DNA from: Gemmatimonadota bacterium
GTDB taxonomy: Bacteria > Gemmatimonadota > Gemmatimonadetes > Gemmatimonadales > GWC2-71-9
Assembly (NCBI GenBank): GCA_040388535.1
Contig: JAZKBR010000008.1
Location: forward strand, 94,524 to 158,523
Direction of reading: 5' to 3'
Length of the DNA stretch: 64,000 nucleotides
Positions 48,926-56,598 of the stretch are shown here, one piece after another. Position 1 is the stretch's first letter. Each line of letters opens with the position of its first letter. The notes under the pieces are model-generated. The model was given only the letters and a program-made list of their open reading frames with translations, ran no database searches and was not told the origin of the DNA. Made by a program: the position numbers and the translations under genes.

Positions 48926-50263
48926 ATGTTCGACGAGCTCTCCTCCAAGCTATCCGATACCCTTCGGCGCCTCACGGGCCGGGGGGTGCTTACGGAGGAG
49001 GCAGTTCGGGAGGGGCTTCGGGAGATCCGGCGCATTCTCCTGGAAGCTGACGTCTCGTTCGACCTGACGCGCGAGTTCCTCGAACGCGTGCAGGCGCAGG
49101 CGGTAGGACAGGATCTGCTCAAGGCGGTTCGCCCGGGGCAGCAGCTGGTGAAGATCGTCTACGATGAGTTGGTGGTGCTGCTGGGTGAGAAGCAGGCACC
49201 GCTGGCGTTCGTGTCGGTTCCACCCACGATCATCCTGATGGTTGGCTTGCAGGGGTCAGGCAAGACGACCACTGCGGGCAAGCTCGCGAAGCGGTTGAAG
49301 GCGGAGCAGAAGGCACCGTTCCTGATCGCGGCGGATGTCTATCGCCCGGCAGCGGTCGATCAGCTTCGCACGCTGAGTGAGCAGGTGCAGGTCGGCTTCC
49401 ACGGTGAGCCCGGCGTCACGGATGTCGTTGGCATCGTGAAGCGCGGCATCGAGGCGGCAGGGAAGGCGCGGGCCCGGACGGTGATTGTCGACACCGCCGG
49501 TCGCTCGCAGATCGACGACGAGTTGATGCAGGAACTGGTGCGGCTGAAGCAGGCGATCAAGCCCCACGAGATCCTCCTCGTTGCCGACGGCATGACCGGT
49601 CAGGACGCGGTCCGGATCGCGAAGGGCTTCCACGATGCGCTGGGGATCAGCGGCGTGGTGCTCACCAAGATGGATGGCGATGCCCGCGGTGGCGCGGCGC
49701 TGTCGATCTTCGGCGTGACGAAGGCACCGATCAAGTTTGTCGGTGTCGGTGAACAGCTCGACGCGCTGGAGCCGTTCCATCCCGATCGGATGGCGGGGCG
49801 GATCCTCCAGCAGGGCGACGTCCTCTCGCTGGTCGAGAAGGCGCAGGCCAACGTCGATGAGGCCGAAGCGAAGGAACTCGCGCGGAAGGCGACGTCGAAG
49901 AAGGGCCTCGATCTCGAGGACTTCCTCACCGCGATGCGGCAGATGCAGAAGCTCGGTCCGCTCAAGAACGTGCTCGGAATGTTGCCGGGAGTGAATCCGG
50001 CGATGCTCAAGGGCGCGAACATGGACGAGAAGCGGATCAAGCACATCGAGGCGATCGTGCTCTCGATGACGAAGAAGGAGCGGAGTGATCCGGAGTTGAT
50101 GAACGGGTCGCGTCGTTTGCGGGTCGCCAAGGGGTCCGGTCGGACCGTGGCGGAAGTGAATCAGTTGCTGGCGCAGTTCAAGCAGATGCAGAAGTTCATG
50201 AAGGTCGCGGGGAAGCCGGGGGCGAAGTTGCCGTTCGGTGGACGTTCGTTCCCTCCGCGCTAG
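48926..50263 (+). CDS. ffh: Signal recognition particle protein Ffh; start at MFDELS
   Basis: LLEADV, GLQGSGKTT, DVYRPAA, DTAGR, TKMDGDARGG, GSRRLRVAKGSG. Confidence 0.97.
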   Translation: MFDELSSKLSDTLRRLTGRGVLTEEAVREGLREIRRILLEADVSFDLTREFLERVQAQAVGQDLLKAVRPGQQLVKIVYDELVVLLGEKQAPLAFVSVPPTIILMVGLQGSGKTTTAGKLAKRLKAEQKAPFLIAADVYRPAAVDQLRTLSEQVQVGFHGEPGVTDVVGIVKRGIEAAGKARARTVIVDTAGRSQIDDELMQELVRLKQAIKPHEILLVADGMTGQDAVRIAKGFHDALGISGVVLTKMDGDARGGAALSIFGVTKAPIKFVGVGEQLDALEPFHPDRMAGRILQQGDVLSLVEKAQANVDEAEAKELARKATSKKGLDLEDFLTAMRQMQKLGPLKNVLGMLPGVNPAMLKGANMDEKRIKHIEAIVLSMTKKERSDPELMNGSRRLRVAKGSGRTVAEVNQLLAQFKQMQKFMKVAGKPGAKLPFGGRSFPPR

Positions 50264-50285
50264 AATCGCTCAGGAGAGCACCAGA

Positions 50286-50525
50286 ATGGCCGTTCGGATC
50301 CGCCTGCGCCGGGAAGGGCGCAAGAAGCTGCCGATGTATCGTATCGTCATCGCCGACAAGGAAGCACCGCGCGACGGCCGGTTCATCGAGACCATCGGGT
50401 CGTATCGCCCGAAGGAAGAGAAGAACCTGTTCACCGTCGATCTCGACAAGGCGCGCGCCTGGATTGCCAAGGGTGCGACCCCGACCGAGACCGTCGCTGC
50501 GCTGCTGAAGAAAGCCGGCCTCTAA
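50286..50525 (+). CDS. rpsP: 30S ribosomal protein S16
   Basis: MAVRIRLRR, YRIVIAD, RDGRFIE, GATPTETV. Confidence 0.95.
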   Translation: MAVRIRLRREGRKKLPMYRIVIADKEAPRDGRFIETIGSYRPKEEKNLFTVDLDKARAWIAKGATPTETVAALLKKAGL

Positions 50526-50530
50526 TCCGG

Positions 50531-51058
50531 ATGACGGATGCGGCGGCGCCCCCGATCGTCGTCGGCCGGGTGCGTAAACCGCACGGGCTGAAGGGCGAAG
50601 TGTCGATCTTCCCGCTCACCGATGACCCCGAAGGGGTCTTCGTGACGGGTCGAACGCTCTTCCTCCTCGATCTGCGCGGTGAAGTCGTTGGCGAAGTGAG
50701 CGTGACGCAATCGCGGGTCTATCACCGCGAGTGTCTGGTGAAGTTCGCCGGCCACAACGAGCGCATCAACGTCGACGACTACCGGGGACGCTTCCTGGCA
50801 GTACGCCGCGAGGAGCTCAAGCCGCTCGAGGACGGTGAGGTCTACCTCCAGGAGCTGGTGGGCTACGCGGTTCGCGACGAGGCCGATGAGGCGCTGGGTC
50901 TGGTGAGTGCGGTGTACGACCTGCCGCAGGGCCCGACGATCGAAGTGCAGGGACCGAAGCGGGAGTTCATGCTTCCGTTCCGCAGCGAGTACGTGAAGCA
51001 GACGGATCGTGAAGGGCGACGCCTGGTGGTGAATGTGCCGCCCGGCCTGATGGACTGA
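50531..51058 (+). CDS. rimM: 16S rRNA processing protein RimM
   Basis: VGRVRKPHGLKGEV, YLQELVG, LPF..EYV; position in the operon. Confidence 0.9.
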   Translation: MTDAAAPPIVVGRVRKPHGLKGEVSIFPLTDDPEGVFVTGRTLFLLDLRGEVVGEVSVTQSRVYHRECLVKFAGHNERINVDDYRGRFLAVRREELKPLEDGEVYLQELVGYAVRDEADEALGLVSAVYDLPQGPTIEVQGPKREFMLPFRSEYVKQTDREGRRLVVNVPPGLMD

Positions 51059-51065
51059 GGTTGCG

Positions 51066-51776
51066 GTGCTGACGATCAACGTCGTCACGCTCTTTCCCGA
51101 GGCGATGTCGCCCTTCCTGGCGGCGAGCATTCCGGGGCGGGCAGCGAAGGCCGGCTTGTCCCACTACCGGCTGGTGCAGTTGCGTGAGTTCACCCACGAC
51201 AAGCACCAGACCGTGGACGACACGGCGTTCGGCGGCGGTGCGGGGATGGTGCTGAAGGCGGAGCCCTTCCTCGAGGCGGTGGAGAGTATCGGCCCCACGG
51301 GGCCAGTGGTGGTGATGTCGGCGCGAGGACGGAAGTTCTCTCACGACGACGCGGTGCGGTGGTCACTCGGGTCGGAACTCACGATCCTCTGCGGCCACTA
51401 CAAGGACATCGATCAGCGGGTGATCGACATCCTTGGCGCCGAAGAAGTATCGATCGGCGATTTCGTCCTGTCGGGCGGAGAACCTGCGGCCCTCTGCGTC
51501 ATCGACGCGGTGGTGCGGCTCCTCCCCGGCGCGATCGGCGATCATGAATCGGCGAGTTCCGATTCGCATTACGATGGGCTGCTCAGTCCGCCCAGTTACA
51601 CCAGGCCCGCCGATGTTCGCGGTGTCCCGGTGCCCGGGGTCCTGCTCTCGGGAAATCACGCAGCCATCGCCGCGTGGCGGCAGCAGGAGGCAGAGAAGCT
51701 CACGAAGGAACGCCGGCCCGACCTGTGGGCCGCGTTCATGGCCACGGAGCGCCCCGATGGAGGCGCGAAGTCCTGA
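51066..51776 (+). CDS. trmD: tRNA (guanine-N1)-methyltransferase
   Basis: [47 protein letters not shown]. Confidence 0.95.
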   Translation: MLTINVVTLFPEAMSPFLAASIPGRAAKAGLSHYRLVQLREFTHDKHQTVDDTAFGGGAGMVLKAEPFLEAVESIGPTGPVVVMSARGRKFSHDDAVRWSLGSELTILCGHYKDIDQRVIDILGAEEVSIGDFVLSGGEPAALCVIDAVVRLLPGAIGDHESASSDSHYDGLLSPPSYTRPADVRGVPVPGVLLSGNHAAIAAWRQQEAEKLTKERRPDLWAAFMATERPDGGAKS

Positions 51777-51811
51777 CGCACAACCCGCGACGAACGCGGA
51801 GGAGTCTGACG

Positions 51812-52165
51812 ATGGGAATGGAACTGCTGGATATCGTATCGCGCGAAGGGATGCGCACTGACATGCCGAAGTTCGACTCGGGCGACACCGTGAAGGTGTT
51901 CGTGCGCGTTCGTGAAGGCGACAAGGAGCGCCTCCAGGCGTTCGAGGGCGTGGTGATTGCGCGTCGTGGCGGCGGCATGGGCGAGACGTTCACCGTCCGC
52001 AAGGTGTCGGCCGGCGTCGGCGTCGAGCGCGTCTTCCCGCTGCACTCCCCGATGTACTCCACCATCGAGGTGGTGCGTCGTGGCCGCGTACGTCGCGCCA
52101 AGCTCTACTACCTCCGGAACCTCTCCGGCAAGGCGGCGCGCATCAAGGAAAAGCGCGATCGGTAA
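51812..52165 (+). CDS. rplS: 50S ribosomal protein L19
   Basis: [42 protein letters not shown]; GGAGG SD. Confidence 0.96.
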   Translation: MGMELLDIVSREGMRTDMPKFDSGDTVKVFVRVREGDKERLQAFEGVVIARRGGGMGETFTVRKVSAGVGVERVFPLHSPMYSTIEVVRRGRVRRAKLYYLRNLSGKAARIKEKRDR

Positions 52166-52190
52166 GCGCGCAACTGCGCATCGAAGCACG

Positions 52191-52219
52191 AAAGGGCTCC
52201 TCGTCAGAGGGGCCCTTTT
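52191..52219 (+). terminator. Intrinsic terminator of the ffh-rplS operon
   Basis: AAAGGGCTCCTC-GTCA-GAGGGGCCCTTTT stem with T tract. Confidence 0.8.
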
Positions 52220-52238
52220 AGTAGGCTGTTGCTCCTAT

Positions 52239-52470
52239 GTGGGTGCCGCGCTTGCGCGGCACTGATGCCTGCTCTCCTGGGAGCTTGCTCGCGCCGCGCC
52301 TCGCGCGGCGCAGATCCTTCCGTCCCCCCCCCGGATTCGCCCGCGCTGCTCGTGGGCTGCCTCTCCGCGTCTGTTACAGCCGCCCGCCATCGCGCTAGCG
52401 GCGCCGGCCGAGGCGTGCGACGGCTGTAAAGGCCGCTACGAGGCACCCACGACTCAGCGCTTGCGAATCC
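52239..52470. repeat. REP-like palindrome plus a long nested imperfect inverted repeat (REPIN/BIME-like element or structured ncRNA)
   Basis: GTGG+GTGCCGCGC-TT-GCGCGGCAC at 52239-52262; 9-bp hairpin at 52291-52311; multi-stem rod at 52333-52470. Confidence 0.65.
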
Positions 52471-52472
52471 CG

Positions 52473-52500
52473 ATCATCCATCATCCATCATCCATCATCC
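52473..52500. repeat. Heptamer tandem repeat (ATCATCC)4
   Basis: Read directly; 2 bp beyond the stop of the minus-strand gene 52503-53063. Confidence 0.9.
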
Positions 52501-52502
52501 CG

Positions 52503-53063
52503 TTACTGCGGCCACATCCACGCAAAGGTCAGCCCTGTGATCACGCCATAGATCAGCGAATCGAAGAGTCCCTTGAAGGTCGTCGACCACTTCTTGTAGT
52601 ACCAGATCGACGCCTGCGGCAGCGCCATTCCGTAGGCGATGAAGGTGATCGCGCCGGTGAAATGGAAGACCCGCCGGTGATCGGCACCGGGCGCCAGCAG
52701 GGCACCGGTCATGCAGGCCGCAGCGATCGCGATGATGATCAGGTAGATGAACCAGTTGATGAAGATCGGCCCCATCGGGCGCATTCCGTTCGGCATCACG
52801 GTCATCAGCAGCACCGGCCCTTCGTTGTGCTTCGCCTTGTACTCCGGCGTCCCCATCTCCTTCATGTCACCGGGCTTCGGCACCAGGTAGTCACCGGGAG
52901 GAATATTGAGTGGTCCGACGGCGGCGCGAACGCGCGCTTCGTCGGGGACGCCGGCGTAGTCGCTCTTGTGCCACGGCATGAACATGTGGATCACCGAGCT
53001 CGCGATGAAGATGAACACGGCCGAGAGGAGGATGGGGAGCCAGAGCGAGAGCAACGGCGTCAT
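52503..53063 (-). CDS. Hypothetical membrane protein (about 4-5 TM)
   Basis: 186-aa ORF with GGAG SD, hydrophobic segments and typical codon usage; ASSVIHMFMPWHKSDY. Confidence 0.7.
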   Translation of the reverse strand: MTPLLSLWLPILLSAVFIFIASSVIHMFMPWHKSDYAGVPDEARVRAAVGPLNIPPGDYLVPKPGDMKEMGTPEYKAKHNEGPVLLMTVMPNGMRPMGPIFINWFIYLIIIAIAAACMTGALLAPGADHRRVFHFTGAITFIAYGMALPQASIWYYKKWSTTFKGLFDSLIYGVITGLTFAWMWPQ

Positions 53064-53073
53064 GTTGAACTCC

Positions 53074-53101
53074 GAGACTAGAGACTAGAGACTTGAGACT
53101 A
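53074..53101. repeat. Heptamer tandem repeat (GAGACTA)4 with one GAGACTT variant
   Basis: Read directly; abuts the SD of the minus-strand gene starting at 53063. Confidence 0.9.
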
Positions 53102-53162
53102 GAGAGGTTACGGCCCGTTCTGCGGGAGCGCAAATGCTCCGGGCCCGCCTTACTATTCCTGC

Positions 53163-53798
53163 ATGCCCCTCCTCGCCCACGAACGCATAGCCTGGTCGTC
53201 AGGCTTCCTCCTCATCGGCATTGATGAGGTGGGCCGTGGGCCGCTGGCCGGGCCGGTCGTGGCGGCGGCGTGCTGCTTCCCGATCGATCACTCCGGCATC
53301 GATGGCGTCCGCGACTCCAAGGCGGTGAAGCGACCGGCAGAGCGTGAAGCGCTGGCCCAGGCGATTGTGCAGGAAGCGCTGGCGTGGGGACTCGGTGCCG
53401 CGAGCGTGCGCGAGATCGCGACCCACAACATCCGCCGAGCCACGGCGCTGGCGATGCAGCGCGCGGTGCTGCGCTGTCAGCGCCGCTTGCCGGCCGAGGC
53501 GCCGTTCCGGCTGATGGTCGACGGGCTCGCGGTTCCTGAGCTGGGCCAGCCGCATCAGTCGCTGGTGAAGGGCGACGCCAACTGTCACGCCATCGCCGCC
53601 GCCGCGCTGCTCGCCAAGGTCGCACGCGATCGCCTGATGTGCTCGCTCGCGCGCCGTCGCCCGGGCTACGGCTGGGAGAGCAACGTCGGCTACGGCTCCG
53701 CCTCCCACATTGCCGCGCTGCGCACCCTCGGCCTCACGCCGCACCATCGCGTCCAGTTCTGCGAGACCGCCACAGCGCAACGGTCGTTGTTCGTGTGA
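53163..53798 (+). CDS. rnhB: Ribonuclease HII
   Basis: GIDEVGRGPLAGPV, RDSK, VDG, KGDA, AAAALLAKVARD, GYG. Confidence 0.95.
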   Translation: MPLLAHERIAWSSGFLLIGIDEVGRGPLAGPVVAAACCFPIDHSGIDGVRDSKAVKRPAEREALAQAIVQEALAWGLGAASVREIATHNIRRATALAMQRAVLRCQRRLPAEAPFRLMVDGLAVPELGQPHQSLVKGDANCHAIAAAALLAKVARDRLMCSLARRRPGYGWESNVGYGSASHIAALRTLGLTPHHRVQFCETATAQRSLFV

Positions 53799-55282
53799 GT
53801 CGCCGGCTCGCGCTCATTCTCCTGGCATTGCTGGGGATGACGCTGCTCGGCTGGTCGCTCCGGCAATTCGGCGCCGGCCTCTCCCCCGATTCGGTGGGCT
53901 ACATCAGCGTGGCGCGACAGCTCGTCGCCGGCCACGGACTCCGCTTCGCCGATGGCTCGCTCCTCGTCAATCAGCCACCGCTCTACCCCCTCATGCTCGC
54001 CGCCGGTGGCGCACTCTTCGACACCGATCCGCTCACTGTGGCACCGGCGCTCAACGTGCTGCTCTTTGGCGCGACTGTGGGGCTCACCGGCATCCTCTCC
54101 TTTGCACTCATCGATTCACTGCCGCTCGCATTGGTGGGTGCTGCTGCCGTGGCGGTATCGGTGCCGCTCACGATCGTGACGCTGATGGCATGGTCGGAAC
54201 CCCTCTTCATCACGTTGCTCGCCGCCACACTGGTGCTGACGCTGCGCTGGCGTCGTGCGCCGGGCACACGAAATCTTCTCGCCTGGGCGTTGGTGGTGGC
54301 GCTCGCCACACTCACGCGATACGCTGGCCTTGCGCTCATCGGTGCGGGCATGGCCACGATTCTGCTCGCCAAGCAACGCGCGGTGAGCGGACGCTTGCGC
54401 GATGCTGGGCTCTTTGCCATCGTGTCGGGCGGACCGCTCGCGCTCTGGATGCTCCGCAACCGCAGTATCGGCGGAACACTCACCGGCGATCGCGCACCCG
54501 GAGAGATCTCGCTCGCGGACAATCTCCAGCGTACGCTCGTGGTGTTCGGCAACTGGCTGGTGCCGAATGACCAGGGGAGCGCCAGCCCGGCGGTCGTACT
54601 GCTCGTGCTGGCGGCGCTCGTGCTGTGTTGGAACTGGCGTCGCGGCGGAAATGCCTGGCTCGCAGCGGCGTGGTGGCGCTGGCTCCCGGTCTGGCTTGTG
54701 GTGCTGGGCTACGGTGCCTTCCTGCTGATGACCGCGACTTTCACGAGTCTTGATACACTCGACGATCGGCTCTGGTCGCCGATGGTGGTGCCGCTCGTGC
54801 TCCTCGTGGTCGCCGCCGCGGAAATGCTGATGCAGTTACTGCGCGGGCGCTGGTCGCACCGGGTCGTCCCTGCCGCAGTGCTGGTGTCGCTCGTGTTGCC
54901 GTTCCACGCGTCGTATCAGGCCGTAGCAGACTACCTCGCCGATGGTGGCAGCGGCTTTGGCGATCGTGGCTGGCGTGAGAGTGCTACCGTTGCCTACCTG
55001 CGCATGCATCCGCAGAGTTGTCACATCTACAGCAACGAGCCCGATGCGATCACCATTCTCACTGGAGCGGCGGCGGACCTGTCGCCGCTGAGGTCAGAGC
55101 ACGGGTCGACGCTGGTAACTCCGTTGCCGGCCAAGTGGCCATCTGAGAAATCTGCGTGCCTGGTCTGGTTCAGGGAGGAGAGCTGGGATGTGTTGTGGTC
55201 GGTCGATTCATTGCGCGAGCGGGCCACGCTGGAGCCGACGCAGGAATTGGTCGACGGCAACGTCTATCGAGTGACCCACTAG
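53795..55282 (+). CDS. GT-C type (ArnT/PMT-like, lipid-carrier-dependent) glycosyltransferase
   Basis: SPDSVGY, QPPLYP, WSEPLF, LATLTRYAG motifs; many TM segments; GTGA overlap with rnhB. Confidence 0.7.
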   Translation: MSRRLALILLALLGMTLLGWSLRQFGAGLSPDSVGYISVARQLVAGHGLRFADGSLLVNQPPLYPLMLAAGGALFDTDPLTVAPALNVLLFGATVGLTGILSFALIDSLPLALVGAAAVAVSVPLTIVTLMAWSEPLFITLLAATLVLTLRWRRAPGTRNLLAWALVVALATLTRYAGLALIGAGMATILLAKQRAVSGRLRDAGLFAIVSGGPLALWMLRNRSIGGTLTGDRAPGEISLADNLQRTLVVFGNWLVPNDQGSASPAVVLLVLAALVLCWNWRRGGNAWLAAAWWRWLPVWLVVLGYGAFLLMTATFTSLDTLDDRLWSPMVVPLVLLVVAAAEMLMQLLRGRWSHRVVPAAVLVSLVLPFHASYQAVADYLADGGSGFGDRGWRESATVAYLRMHPQSCHIYSNEPDAITILTGAAADLSPLRSEHGSTLVTPLPAKWPSEKSACLVWFREESWDVLWSVDSLRERATLEPTQELVDGNVYRVTH

Positions 55283-55357
55283 AACGCGCTTGACAGCTGC
55301 CGGATTTCGTAGGGTATTTCAGCAACGATTCGAGACTCTCCCCCTGGAGCTTTCCCG

Positions 55358-56500
55358 ATGGTCTCTCCCTTGGCGCGCGCCCTCTTCGCCGGCGTTCTCC
55401 TCTTCACTGGCCTGGTTGTGTCTGCATCGGCGCAGGCCGCGAGGTCGCTCCATGTTCGCCTCGAGTGGCGAGTTGACGGAGACTCAGCGGACCTCAGCGC
55501 GGTATCCGCCGTTACCGTCGGTAAGGATGGGACGGTTGCGGTCGCCCTTCCACAGGATCATGAGGTGCTGATCCTTACTCCCCAAGGCAAGGAAGCCGGA
55601 AGATTCGGGCGCACGGGTGCCGGTCCAGGCGAGTTCAGGCAGATTTTGTGGCTGGGATGGCGTTCCGATTCGATATGGGTTTTTGATGGAGTATTGAAGC
55701 GAGCTGCGCTTTTCGATCCCGCCCGAAAGTTTGTTCGAACGTTTCGCATCCCGGTTTCTGTCGACACCAGACACTCCGCAGGACCGCCGCAGGCATCAGG
55801 TATCAGTCCGTTCCGGCTCTTGAGCGGCGATTCAATGGTGGCCTTAGGGATTGCTTCTGGCGCCGAGCCTGACTCGTATCATGGCGTCTTGTTCGTCACG
55901 AACGTTGACGGAACAGCATTCAAACTCCTCGCCGATTTCCCACCTTACGACTGTTACGTCGACATTCGCGGTCGCAAGACTTCAGTGCCATTCTGCAGCA
56001 ACGCCCGGGTTGCGTATTCTCCGGATGGAGGGCTGGTGGCTGTGGCGGAAGTGGACAAAGCCGATCAGGCTCGATCGAGCGCGAGCTTCACCCTTCGGGT
56101 GCTGGGTCCACGCGGTGACACCTTGTCTACGAGGCGGCATCGGATGGCAACCGAGCTCCTGCCGGCCAAGCTCTTTGAGGCCGCTGTCTCGAAGCTCACC
56201 GATCCTTCGCGTGTTCCACCCGATATCGCTTCCGAGATCAGGGGGCGACTCTCAAAGCCGACATTTTATCCGGCCTTGTCCTCGCTGTTTATCGGACGAG
56301 ATGGAACCATTTGGGCTGGGCGCACTGGAGGTGAAGGGATCTCATGGCTCGTGATTGACTCTGGCGGGAGAGAGATTGGCACGCTTACGCTTTCAAAAGC
56401 ACTCAGAGTCGTCGCCGTTGCCCAAGGCAGGATGTGGGCTGTCGAAACGTCGGACAGCGGCGTTGAGAGCATCGTGCAGTTCCGAGTTGGTCCGCGATAG
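55358..56500 (+). CDS. Secreted six-bladed beta-propeller protein
   Basis: Signal peptide; RFGRTGAGPGEF, DSIWVFD and IGRDGTIW blade motifs. Confidence 0.75.
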   Translation: MVSPLARALFAGVLLFTGLVVSASAQAARSLHVRLEWRVDGDSADLSAVSAVTVGKDGTVAVALPQDHEVLILTPQGKEAGRFGRTGAGPGEFRQILWLGWRSDSIWVFDGVLKRAALFDPARKFVRTFRIPVSVDTRHSAGPPQASGISPFRLLSGDSMVALGIASGAEPDSYHGVLFVTNVDGTAFKLLADFPPYDCYVDIRGRKTSVPFCSNARVAYSPDGGLVAVAEVDKADQARSSASFTLRVLGPRGDTLSTRRHRMATELLPAKLFEAAVSKLTDPSRVPPDIASEIRGRLSKPTFYPALSSLFIGRDGTIWAGRTGGEGISWLVIDSGGREIGTLTLSKALRVVAVAQGRMWAVETSDSGVESIVQFRVGPR

Positions 56501-56598
56501 CAGGGTGTCGATTGCCGCGTCGGACCGATGCGCCAGGAGTGGAGAACATTGTGGAGGTGGGGGTGGGGGTGGAGGTCCGGCCTTGGGAGGCACGAGCC

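Noticed and set aside
52204-52446. Small ORFs 52229-52429 (+) and 52204-52446 (-)
   Set aside because: Low-complexity Arg/Ala/Pro translations across a terminator and palindromes, with no SD or recognisable motif
52333-52470. SRP RNA (given nearby ffh) or 6S RNA as the identity of the long hairpin
   Set aside because: No CAGG...GGAA...AGCAG domain IV motif for SRP, and no large A/U-rich central bubble for 6S; an Infernal search would be needed to exclude these formally
5910-53101. Tandem repeat arrays as CRISPR arrays
   Set aside because: Units are 7 bp and contiguous with no unique spacers; no cas genes in the window
55290-55320. TTGACA as a -35 element for the beta-propeller gene
   Set aside because: No convincing -10 hexamer at 16-18 bp spacing
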